A stretch of 35,916 nucleotides of DNA, taken from the NCBI GenBank assembly GCA_000697335.1, contig JNEM01012610.1:1-35916 (forward strand), read 5' to 3'. The stretch is from Conidiobolus incongruus B7586 (lineage: Eukaryota). Position numbers and translations under genes: made by a program. Each line of letters opens with the position of its first letter. The stretch's first letter is position 1. Under the pieces are notes generated by a model. It did not search any database. It was not told the DNA's origin and saw only the letters and a list, made by a program, of their open reading frames with translations. Positions 1 through 13,170 of this stretch are shown one piece after another.

Positions 1-1788
1 ATATATAATTAATATAAAATTTTTTAAATATTGGTATTTTATTAGAAAAATCAAAATTAAAAAATTTGCCATTTTTTTCAAATTAATATAATTTAATATT
101 GTATAGTAATATCTTTATCATTAAAAATTTTATTTTTAAATCTTTATATAAATTAGATAAAGTAATATTAAATGAAATATATACGATGTTTTTATTATAT
201 ATATTATGAGCTTAATCTTATTATAGAAAAGTTCCTTTAAAAAGAAATATATAAAAAGCCAATACTTTATATACAAGGGAGAAAATATCCAAAGAAAGAA
301 TAAAGTTAAAAATAATAGAAGAGGGTTTTTATTTAAAAAGTCAAGTGGTTTAAATATCTTGAACCAAGTAAAAAATGGCTTATAATGTGTAATTTCTAGA
401 ATATCACTAGTCATTAAAATAGGGGATTAAAATATCCCTAATATATTTAAATCTCAATCCTCCCTTCTAAAGTATTTGGATATAAACTTTGTACAATATA
501 TATTATAATATTTGTAGTTTCAACATTCAAATATACAATACCCAATGTTCCATTCAATATGTTTTTGATATATTGATCTTTAAATAGTTAACTAATTAAA
601 TAAACATAATTCATTACATAAATCAAAACATAAATTTTAAATAATTTATTATTAGTCAATAATAATTCATTTTATTTAATATATTAATTACAATTGTTAA
701 TGATATACTTAAATTTTAAAAATCGACCTTTAATCAATTAGCCAATATATTAAAAACAATTAATTACAATGATTGTAATTTAGGATTTTATACCAAAATT
801 ATTTTATATAAATTTAATGATATTTGAATTATTATTATTTCACCAAATTTAAATCATACATAACACAAATAATCAAAATTCATCTACAAAATTTCAGATA
901 TATAAATTTACATTTTAAAAGCAGTGATAAAATTTCGTTAATGTATAATTGGTTATTTTTTCAACAAATACTACAATATCCAAATATTTATAGAGCTGGT
1001 TATTTTAAAATTACTTAGAAATACAAAACCTATGAAAAAAATTATAAGAGTTATTGATAAATCTAACGACTAGCTAATTTTGAAATTCAGGAAAATTGAT
1101 GTACATTTAATCTCTATTACATTCACTCTATTACACTATCACAGTATTCATCATTTGATGTTGATTTAGAATATTTTGATCATTACATCTAAAACTATTT
1201 TTGAAACTAGACTATATTATTCAAACATCAATTGATTTGATCAAGATTATATTTGAAATCTTTCAAATTTTGTTTAATTGGAGATCAAATACGAATGTAA
1301 AAAGGCTTGATAATAAACGTAGTAAATGGAAATCCAATTATTAAAATTGACATTTTTTTCATATTTTTTAAAATCTGCTCTTTCTAAATAAAGCAATAAT
1401 AACTAGTTGAAATTATTAAATAAATCAATTATTCGAAATTAGAAATATTGTGTAAAAAGTGTTACTATATTTATTCTTAGTAAAAAATACACTAAATTGT
1501 GAATTTAACTTGAATAGTATTAGATAAACAATAGTTCAATAATTGAAAAAATTATATATTTTGAGAACAGGTGTGGAGATATATTTTTAGTTTCAGAATT
1601 ATTAAATGCGTAATATTTAAAAAATAGAATGATATTAATGATTAACGGCAGAGCAGAAAACAATTGTAATAGGGAATAGATAAATAAAAATAATAAAAAT
1701 AGTGATAATGTTGTGAAAATTATATGAATGTATAATAAATATTTTATTATTGAATAATTATAGATCCAGATCTCAAAGTTGGTATTAC

Positions 1789-1956
1789 CTAAAGGAATAA
1801 TGAGTTAGAAATGGAACTTGAGTGTAAATTTATTTTAATAAAAATAAAGGATCAGGAATCTAGTGGGTATTGGTATCAGCACGGCTGCACTAAGTAGCAG
1901 AACTGGAAAATTGGTTTTCATCATAAAAAACGATATGATTAAGAATATACACTCAC
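1789..1956 (-). other. 168-nt spliceosomal intron hosting the snoRNA (apparently non-coding host gene)
   Basis: Minus strand: AAG|GTGAGT donor at 1956, TTCTAAC branch point near 1810-1804, CCTTTAG acceptor ending 1789. It is about three times the length of the other introns here. No ATG-led ORF in the immediately flanking exon sequence. TATAAA at 2113-2108. Confidence 0.7.
1848..1929 (-). ncRNA. snR61: Box C/D snoRNA, snR61/U38 (SNORD38) family; predicted guide for LSU rRNA 2'-O-methylation at the equivalent of yeast A1133
   Basis: Minus strand reads ATGATGA (box C, 1924-1918), AAACCAATTTT, CCAGTTCTGCT (guide, 1906-1896), A, CTTA (D', 1894-1891), GTGCTGA (C'), then CTGA (box D, 1855-1852). 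The guide is the exact complement of the conserved LSU sequence AGCAGAACUGG and matches the U38/snR61 guide as I recall it. The D'+5 rule gives AAGC[Am]GAACUGG. Ends are approximate. Confidence 0.88.
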
Positions 1957-2693
1957 CTTGTTAATTTAAGAAATAAATGGACCTTTGATAATATTGAATA
2001 AATTGTTTGAAAAGCGATTGAACAGTAATCAGGTATAAAACCTGAGTGTGTTGAATTATTGCTTAATCAATTCAATTTAAGATTCAAATTTGAAAATTGG
2101 ATTAACCTTTATATGAAAATAAGAAATTTTGTATTTGTGGGAACTGATTAAAACAGATTTCAACTCTATGGGATTTAATAGGTAACTAAATATGAATTTG
2201 CTGATGGCAATAAACTTAAATATATTAAATATCTATATTAGCATTATTTGCGAAAGGGAAATATATATAAAATTAAAAAGAACTTTAAATACCAATTTAT
2301 CATTAATTTCAATTAAATACCACGCTTGATAACTTTAAAACAATATAATCAATGTGCGAGTCAATGTTATTGTATTAGGTTGAATTGGAAGAATATACTA
2401 TTTTTTATAAATAAAAAACGAAATTGAGAATTTTAAAGTATGAATATATTATAAATATAAACTAGTTAAAAGCAATTACATATTTATCTTAATTAATTCA
2501 GTATAATCAGACTGTATATTATATTAAATTTTTATCAATTTAAAATTGCACACAAATCATCAATGCTAATTTGGGTGAATTTTGATTAATGCAAAATGAA
2601 TAAATTCAAACCCATAAAATGAATAAAAGTATAAATTTGACTTGAGTTAAGGGAAATAAAGAATTGAAAGAAAAAATATTTAATAATAACAAA

Positions 2694-4388
2694 ATGGATT
2701 TAAATGACGAAATTCTAGCGTTAATGGGAAATGCCCCTGCAAAATCTAATAATAAAAAGTAAGTTATTTTAATTAATTAATTTTTTCATTAAAATTAATA
2801 TTATATTGGATTTAGCAATGAATCTTTTTCAAGCAATGACTCTTATGAATATAACAATAAAAGAGATAATGCTGAGTCTTCAAGGAAATCAAGGAGGTAT
2901 TATTATTTTGATTTCGATTTTAATTCATCCTTTAATTTTTTGAATTTGAACTTTAGAACTGGCAGATATACAAGAACTCACGATAGCGATTTAAGTTCAA
3001 GTGACGAAGATGACAGCGGAAATAAGGCTGCTAAACATACCAAAAAACCATTGACAAATTTGGATAATGAAGCTCACTTATATGACTTAGAAGAACAGCA
3101 AGAAAAAGATAGAGAAAGTGATTTAATTCAACAGAAATTAGCTCAAGTTCGTAATAATGTCAATTCTACAATGGCGAACCTTCAACAATCCGATAGAAGG
3201 TCTAATAGGAGAGATACTACCAAGTCTCAAAACTTAGACGAATTAAAGAGACGTAGATTTAACAAGATTCAAGGAAATAGCTATTCTGACAGATATAATT
3301 ATGATGATGAATATATTGAATCTTCTCGCCCACTTCAGCCTAGTGATTTACTTACTGTTGATCAAGCTCGTTCTATTCAACTGACTCGCGAATTAATCTG
3401 TGAATATTCCAATAGACCATATTTCAAAGAAAAAGTTATCGATGCTTTTGTCAGAATCAATGTGACTCCTGGGGAATATTGTTCAGATCAAAATGGCTAT
3501 TGTCTTGGTAAAATCACTGAAGTCACAGTTGCTGAATCTACTAATAATGGTACACATATTCATGGAGCCCCCAGAAAATACAATGTGGTTTTGGAGTTTA
3601 TGCCATCTGGAACTATGACTATTCCAATTGATACAGTATCTAATTCTAAGGTTAGCGCAAAAGAAGTTGAATTATACGCCCAAGAGCTTCTCAATCAAGG
3701 CACTACATCCTTTGATATATCACATATTTTAGATAATTTAAACGATCTAGAAGCTTCTGAACCAGTTGATGAGAACGATTTGAGTAGGGATCCCGATTTA
3801 CTTACAGCTTCCGATGAAGCTTCTCAATTTGCTAAATTCTGTAGAGATCCTAATATCTATGCTCAAGTAGTTGCTGGCACCTATAAATTTTCTAGTTTAC
3901 AGTCGGAAATTGAATACTGCTACAATCAAACACTTTCCTTAAGATTCAGAATGCAAAATGTTAACAACAGTATTACTGATCCCCAAAAAAGAAATGCAAT
4001 TCTCAATTCATACAAGATTAAGAATTTCTTCTGGACTAAAAAGCACGATGATGCCAAAATCAAACAGCAACGTCTACAGAATGAAGGTGAAATAGAGACC
4101 AAAACAACCAGTGCTCCTGTATTCACAAGTGAAGAATTAAATACAAAATTATACACATCATCGTATGACAAAAAGGTATTTGATTATAATTCCCGATTCC
4201 CACCTATCAAGCATGATAATAACAAGAAATCTGCCTTATCCTTCCTTGATGATTTTTGTGATAACAACCAAGGAATTTTATCTAATCAGCTTAATCCCTC
4301 CGATATTGTTTACCATCCAAGTGATTTCCAACTCGCAATTCTAAAGACAAAAGATGATTATCTGTCGAGTCCATTATCCAAATATTAA
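2694..4388 (+). CDS. RTF1: Rtf1-like Plus3-domain protein (Paf1 complex associated), divergent; exons 2694-2758, 2816-2896, 2957-4388
   Basis: Spliced N-terminus MDLNDEILALMG resembles the Rtf1 N-terminal LLALAG motif. Two phase-consistent GT-AG introns (2759-2815, 2897-2956). Plus3-like segment IQLTRELICEYSNRPYFKEKVIDAFVRINV...YCLGKITEV...VSNS, preceded by an LDELKRRR helix. Confidence 0.75.
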
Positions 4389-4854
4389 TTCATGTAACTT
4401 TTATTTTATATTACTCATTTTAATTTGCTTAAATTTTTGTGATTTGTACATTGATATTCCGAACATAAATTCAATAAATGAATCAATATTTATATCATTT
4501 ATTAAATATGTTAATATACTTATATTATTATTAGTTCTTAATTATTTTACCCATTAGTTAAAGTTTATAAAAATGTATTTTAATAACAACTTTGATAAAT
4601 AAATGAATATATAATCAAATAGAAAGGTCAAATTATAATAGTAAATATAAATTAATGGTAAAACTAATAATCATTTATATTATCAAAAAATTGATATCAA
4701 ATGTATGTCTATCAATTATTATATTTATAAAAATTAAAATATTTGAAATTTGAATTGAAATGCATTTGAGCCAAAAACTATTTATTTAGACTTGGAAATA
4801 ATGATTAAAAAAAATAAAGAAAAATGTAATAAATATTAAAATATGTCTGGTGGT

Positions 4855-4859
4855 AAAAA
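4855..4859 (-). terminator. RNA polymerase III terminator (T5) of the tRNA-Ile gene
   Basis: TTTTT run on the minus strand 4 nt after the discriminator base. Confidence 0.7.
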
Positions 4860-4863
4860 GAGA

Positions 4864-4937
4864 TGCTCCCAACAGGGATCGAACCTGTGACCTTGGCGTT
4901 ATTAGCACCACGCTCTAACCAACTGAGCTATGGGAGC
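4864..4937 (-). tRNA. tRNA-Ile (anticodon AAU), intronless
   Basis: Reverse complement GCTCCCATAGCTCAGTTGGTTAGAGCGTGGTGCTAATAACGCCAAGGTCACAGGTTCGATCCCTGTTGGGAGCA folds as a cloverleaf: acceptor GCTCCCA/TGGGAGC, anticodon loop CTAATAA, T-loop TTCGATC. Confidence 0.97.
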
Positions 4938-5502
4938 TTGAAATTAAATTAATTGGATCTTATGTTAATAAAACTTACATTTACTCTTTCATATAAATTT
5001 TTGTTATTTTCTCAGATCACTATCTACTTATTTCAATTATCCTTCTTTTTTTCCATAATTCTAATTTTTTTCTTTTTAACCTATATATTTTCTTTCATAT
5101 TCAAATATTAACTTTTAAAATTTAATATTCAATATATAATCAACTAAATCATCAATCAACTTATATTTTTGAGTCTTAATCCTACACTCTAAATTATATC
5201 AAATAATAAATTCAATTAAGTATTATTAAGAATTCTTAAACATTTCTCAAATTGATAAACCGGATTATACTATTTCGGATTTGATTTAGAAAATATATAT
5301 TAGCATGAAAATTGATTCAAGAGGTAAAAGTATTTGTTTATTTTACATATATACACAGTGGTAAAGCAAATTATTGTTGATTAGTGTTTAGTCGGAGAAT
5401 CAAGTAAGACTTTGTCAGTGAAAATAGGATATAGAGCTAAATGATATTTAAATAACCTGGATGTGACAGGTTAATAGGTCAACCTCAATCTTGGATATAC
5501 TG

Positions 5503-6949
5503 TTAACGACGTGAAAAATTTTCAATTAGGATTAGTTTGAGCTCAGGATAGAAATGGGCAATCATATGAAAAATAACAATACCTAAAACTATTCCAATAC
5601 ATGTAGCTATAGGAAATAGTGTTGATTTCAGTATCAATGTTATATTGTAGGATATGGTATAAGATTGGCTCTGATGCCATTTTGGGTCGGATTGTAGCTG
5701 GGACTGAAAAGAGTTAAATTGAATTTGAGCATTCTTGATTAATAATTCTATATTATCACCAAAATAACACAAGTTAGACATGTTTAATGTGTCATCCATT
5801 TTCTGAAATGAAGTATTAATGGGATTAATTTCACGAAGTTTTTTAATCGTATTAATCACTAGTAAAAATTTAGTCTAAAATGATAAAATGAGGATGATAT
5901 AATGTTGGCTTACTATGATTTTCATTCTTTTCAGATATTTTTAACTGGTCTTCAAGCTCTCTATATTTTTTCATCAAATCGGAAGGAGATGAATTCGCAG
6001 GAATGGTGATGGATGACAAAAGTCGTTTGGTTGACAGAAAAGGAGAGAGATCAGAATTTGATCTTGACCTTGGTCCTAATAATAGCCCAGGAGAATAATT
6101 GGCATTGAGTTGTTGTTTTAAGCCCTGGTTTTCTCTTAAAAGCTGGCTTGTTTTATAGGTATTTTCTTCTGATTTAAATAATGGAGTGATGGAGTTGAGA
6201 GTTGTCAACTTAATAGAATTAGGGTCCATTGAAGAAAAGCTAGATCTTCTGAGTTCGTCAGCCAAAGATAACGTTGAAGGAGAGTTGAATTCATTCATTT
6301 TTTCGGACATTGCACGCTCAATCTGGTTCTCCAAAACGGAAATTCTACTTTGAAAAGCTTTATTTTGATTTTTCAGCTCCTCCAACTTGCTCAAATCTTC
6401 TCTTGGCTGCTCATTATCATTTGTAGAGTTTAGTAGTTCATAAGCACTGAATAGCTTAGCTTGTAATGCTTTAATGCCTTGGAGTTCTTTAAAAGCTTTT
6501 TTCATACGCAATTTTTCTCTGATAAATTCATCATTTAATTCGGCTAACTTTAGCTCCATATTTTTAAGAAAGGTATCTCTTTGAGATTGAATATGACGTG
6601 TGCCAATTTCCTTTTTCTCGGCAATATCAGTCATCTGCTGCATTTCTCGATCTATCAAACTCTCGTAATATGCACTCTCTTCATCCCGGTTCATTTTGAT
6701 GTCTTCAAGGACAGATACTGCTCCATCGAAAGTTTGTTGCAATTCTTCAAATTCATTTTCAAGCTCCTGAATTTTTAGTTCACTTTGTTGAAAAGAATCC
6801 TCATATCTCTTTTGAATGTGAGCATATCGTGTGTTAGTATTTATCAGTGAGATAGTACTTGCATTATCAGAGAATTGTGTAAATTCAGACACCGGAGATG
6901 GACTAAAGAAATCTCTAGACCCTTTAGTATTTTTGTTTGAATTACTCAT
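5503..6949 (-). CDS. Uncharacterised coiled-coil protein with C-terminal transmembrane anchor; exons 6949-5914, 5858-5503
   Basis: The two listed ORFs join in frame through a 55-nt intron 5913-5859 (GTAAGC...GACTAA...CTAG). Long E/K/Q/L heptad-rich region; hydrophobic TLFPIATCIGIVLGIVIFHMIA close to the C-terminus. Confidence 0.8.
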
Positions 6950-7179
6950 TATCAATATCAGTAAAGCTTAGAAAAATTAGAATGAATTAATTAGTCTTTA
7001 TTTATTATAATTAAACTGTATGATAAAAATATATGATAAATGATTGGAAGATATGAAAAGTTTATATTATATATAGATATTCAATATTATAATTAGAGAG
7101 ATTTCGTATTAAGTTCATTTAATTTGACTCCAAATTATTGATAAAATAATTATGGGATGCTTGATCTGATAAGCTTTCA

Positions 7180-7191
7180 TATCACGTGATA
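7180..7191. promoter_or_regulatory. Palindromic E-box TATCACGTGATA in the divergent promoter region
   Basis: Perfect 12-bp palindrome with CACGTG core (bHLH type), about 230 bp upstream of the coiled-coil gene ATG; GATAAG just to its left. Confidence 0.35.
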
Positions 7192-7860
7192 GTCTTCCTG
7201 TATTTAGCAATAACCTCCATTATACAGTATCAAAGCTTTCCAAACAAAATTAATGACGCTAATATTATTTATAATGAATAATAAATAATTAACCTTCACT
7301 CTAATTTTTAAATCATTCTGGCAATATTATAAATTCAAATTGGATTAAATTATATAGAACCTTATTTTCCAATAGAAAAAAAATAAAAAAATTTAAAGGG
7401 TTCAAATATTATTAAATAAAAATTAATTAAAAGTTCAATTTGAATAAAATATTAATGGTATATTAAATCATTCATAAACAATCTATTCTAACTATTATTA
7501 ATTAAAATTAAATATTAAAGCTTTAGTAAAATAAAACTGAAATAATTTCATAATCTATGAAATTGTTTGAATAATTTCAAACCCTTTTGATTTTAAAAAT
7601 TACTCAATTTGGGAATTGCAGGTATTCAAAAGTTGGAAAGAGTTAAGAAAAAATATCAAAATATTAAACTCTTATTAATTTCTTAGCATTTAACAAGTGT
7701 AAAATATTAGTGTTGGAATAATTCATTACTTGTATTGAGCATTATCTCTTTTATTCTATATAGTTCATCACTTTATTCTGTCTGATAACTTATTAATTTC
7801 ATAATATAAGAATTGTGTTTATTATTATTGTATTTGTATATTTTATCTGGGAATTAATAA

Positions 7861-9852
<1,992 letters not shown>

Positions 9853-10280
9853 TAACCATCTTAGCATTTCCGTCGTTAATACCTTATCCTCTGTCGCATT
9901 TCTATGTACTATAAGCCTCCGTAGATTCGCACCTAACATAAATAACATTACTCGAAGATATTGTTGCATTATATTAACTAATATTTTCCTGCTGTATGAT
10001 TTAGGATTTAATAAAAATTCAATTTGCTATTATTTAACTTATTTTTTATATTAAAATATTTTAATAATATAAATAACTTTAATTGGATAATTTGCAAATC
10101 AGGGCTTAAACATATTATATATAGATTTTTTTTCAGTTAATAAATTGTTTATGGAAATATTAATCAATGCTTATCCATAAAAACCCATAAAACTGAAAGA
10201 TACAGCATACGTTAATAAATTAGAACTCAATTAACACCAATATCAATTATCTTATTTTTTCACAAATAATAAATTAGAAA

Positions 10281-13170
10281 ATGACTGATTTATTCTCTGA
10301 TGATGAAGATTTCCTCAATTTTATAGTTACTGACGAAGTGTGGAATCAACTGTAGCCGTACCACTTCCCATTCAATCCTTACCCCACCCAGTTAAATCCG
10401 ATGAAGCGTATTTATGAGATTTTGAATACTGGAAAAATTGGTATTATAGAATCACCTATAGGAACTGTAAATCGTATTATATCTTATAATAAATACAATG
10501 TTAATACATTGATTAGGGTAAATCTCTCATGTTAATTTGCTCAAGTTTACAATGACTTTTGGAACATCATAATCTTAGACTCAAAGGTGAAGCGACTTCA
10601 GAAAATGCTGAAACAACCGAAGAGAATGAGGAATTATCGAATCAGTTAAAGCAAATCACTAAAGGTCATATCAAGACGCAAGCTCAGAAGGATTATGAAA
10701 GAATTTAGGACCTTGTGAAAGAGAGTTTGAATAGGGATAATGCGGGATTGAGACGTTATAGAGCATTTGAAAGCGAATCATATTAAAACAAGAGATTAAA
10801 GAAGGATCACACCGTATTAGAATCCCAAGAAGACGAAGATGAGTTTTTGTTCGATGGATATTACTAAAAAGATCCCAAATTAAATGATGAAATGGTAACT
10901 GATACCGATAAAGTGAAAGAATTGATACAAAAATAATTAGAAAATCAATATAAACTTTATTGTTTATTAATTAGAAATAGATTTGAAGCAATTGACCAAG
11001 GATATCAAGATAATCTTCTCTTAGAAAAGAGTGAAGATAATTACAATTTGTTAAACTTTACGAATGTAATAATATCAATTCAATTACTGATCAACTCATT
11101 TAACGATATGATTAGATTTACTATGGTACTAGAACCCACAACCAACTGAGTCAATTCAACAGAGACCTCAATCGTACTTATATCAGCACTAGCAGTAAAA
11201 TCAACAACATTCCATTAATGTCACGAAAACAATTCTGCATTAATGATAGTGTGTGTAAGAGCTACAGGGATCAGGTAGAATTGACTAATGACAAATGCTC
11301 AGACTTGTAGAGTAGCTCCACAGCTGCAAAGAGTCTTTGTGTTTACTATTTGCCTAACGCCCCAGACTGATTGAGTTTCAGCAAGCGTGCTTAGAGAAGG
11401 TGCAAAATATCGAGGACTTAGTGAAATTGGGCCAAAACCGGGGGATTTGTCCCTACTACAGGACTAAGAGGTCGAGTGAGTATGCGCGTTTGATACCTAT
11501 TCCGTACACGATGTTATTGTCGAAATCGACAAGAGAGGAGGCTGAGATTCATTTAGAGAAAAATATCGTGATTATTGACAAAGCTCACGATTTAATCAAT
11601 ACTATAGAATCTGTCCAGTCTACGTCCTTCAGTTTAGCTCAAATACAGAGTACGCTGGACCAAGTTGGCAAGTATTTGGACAAGTACCGAAATCGATTGA
11701 AGGGACAAAATGTGGTTTTTCTAAAGCAAATTCTGTTGCTGTTGAATGGATGGAAAGACCTGTTCAAGACTCAGGAACTGGGAGTGAAAGTGTTAAATAG
11801 TACTGAATTGGGATTTAGTCTCAGATTGAATCAAGTAAATGGGTTGAGTTTGATTCGATATTTGAAGGAATCTAGATTAGCTAAAAAGGTAATTATCTCT
11901 TATTCAATTAATTGCCATACAAATTCAATGTAGTTGCATGGATTTACAACAAAAGTATTATTAAAAGATCCTGCACAAAGAAATTCAATAGCTAATATTC
12001 AAACTACCTCGAGTAATTTAATAATTACAAATAATTTACAATATTTGCTTGGCTAATACTTCATCTTTAGCAACCCATATTCACGATTTCTGCATATTAC
12101 TCGAATGTTTCGGCTACCCTAGTTCAGACGATCACGTCAACATTGCCAATACGAAAGATGAGCAAAAACTTGAGTATCAACTAATCGATCCCTTAAGCCA
12201 TTTCGAAACCATCCTACAAGAGGCGCGATCCGTGATCATGATCGGAGCAACAATGCAACCTATGAAAGGTTTCACCTAGCAGCTTTGCAGCTCCATCCCC
12301 AGAGACAGGATCTGCCAAATTACATCGGGGCATGTGGTGTCAGCTGCGAATGTATCAGTTGTGACCCTGTCTAAAGGACCTATGAGCAAAGAACTCAAAT
12401 TCACATTCAACAACCAGTCTAACTTCAAGATGTTTGACGATTTGGGACGAACTACTATAACCACTTGTAATATCATACCACACGGTTTAGTAATATTCTT
12501 CCAGAGTTACAGAATAATGGAGTAGATTATGGACAGGTGGAAGAAATCAGCGTATTCCAAGCCGAGTATTTTTGAACAGATTGACAAGAAGAAGCGGACA
12601 TTTGTTGAACCAACCAATGTCAACAGAGTGGACAGTGTACTGGAAAGTTACGATTCTTGGATTTCTAAATGCAAAGAACGTAAATATAGCGATCACATCT
12701 TCGACAGCTGCAAAGGAACTGCCCTTCTATCAGTCATAGGAGGCAAATTATCTGAAGATATTAATTTTTCAGACGCATTAGGACAAGGTGTCATTGTTGT
12801 AGGACTACCACTCTTCAACAAAACCAATGTGAAACTGCAGTAGAAACCAGAATGGTTGGACCAATTAAAACAAATCGGGTCAAAAAAGAACAGTGTAGCA
12901 TATTACGAAAACTTATGTATGAGAACTGTCAATCAGAGTATAGGTCGTGTAACCCGTCACAACAACTATTACGCTACCTTTATCCTGTTGAATTCGCGGT
13001 TTTCGCAACAGAATATTATTAAAAAGTTACCGGATTAGATCCAGACGAGTTTATTGAATACTAAGGATGATTTATCAAATGTTGGTATTACCGATTATAG
13101 TATACTCACTAGAAAGTTGGCGATGTTCTTCAACACTGAGACAGCTCCATTCCAATTTTTAGTTTATTGA
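10281..13170 (+). pseudogene. CHL1: CHL1/DDX11 Fe-S DEAH helicase pseudogene (full length, multi-exon)
   Basis: Collinear motifs FPFNPYPTQ, ESP(I)GT|GKSL, IYYGTRTHNQLSQF, SRKQFCIN, CPYY, ID(K)AH, GATMQP, GHVV, GLVIFFQSY, GGKLSE(D)INFSD, YYENLCMRTVNQSIGR. In-frame stops at 10353, 10553, 10706, 10784, 10865, 11308, 12277, 12523, 12841 and 13036. Frameshift near 11360. Probable lost splice donor at 10933 and lost acceptor near 12051. Confidence 0.9.

Noticed and set aside
136..1018. ORFs 136-414 (-) and 824-1018 (+)
   Set aside because: Low-complexity F/I/L/K/Y translations typical of very AT-rich DNA, with no motif I can support. A decayed gene cannot be excluded.
2029..2045. TCAGGT-ATAAA-ACCTGA stem-loop
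   Set aside because: Only a 6-bp stem, it does not match the histone stem-loop, and it is compatible with chance.
11400..13038. Five short plus-strand ORFs as separate genes
   Set aside because: They are consecutive fragments of one CHL1 pseudogene.
10281..13170. Stop-codon reassignment (TAA/TAG = Gln) or restorative A-to-I editing as an explanation for the CHL1 stops
   Set aside because: Other genes run over 1000 codons with no internal TAR and terminate at TAA/TAG. The CHL1 stops fall at both Gln and Trp positions. A frameshift and C>T lesions cannot be repaired by A-to-I editing.
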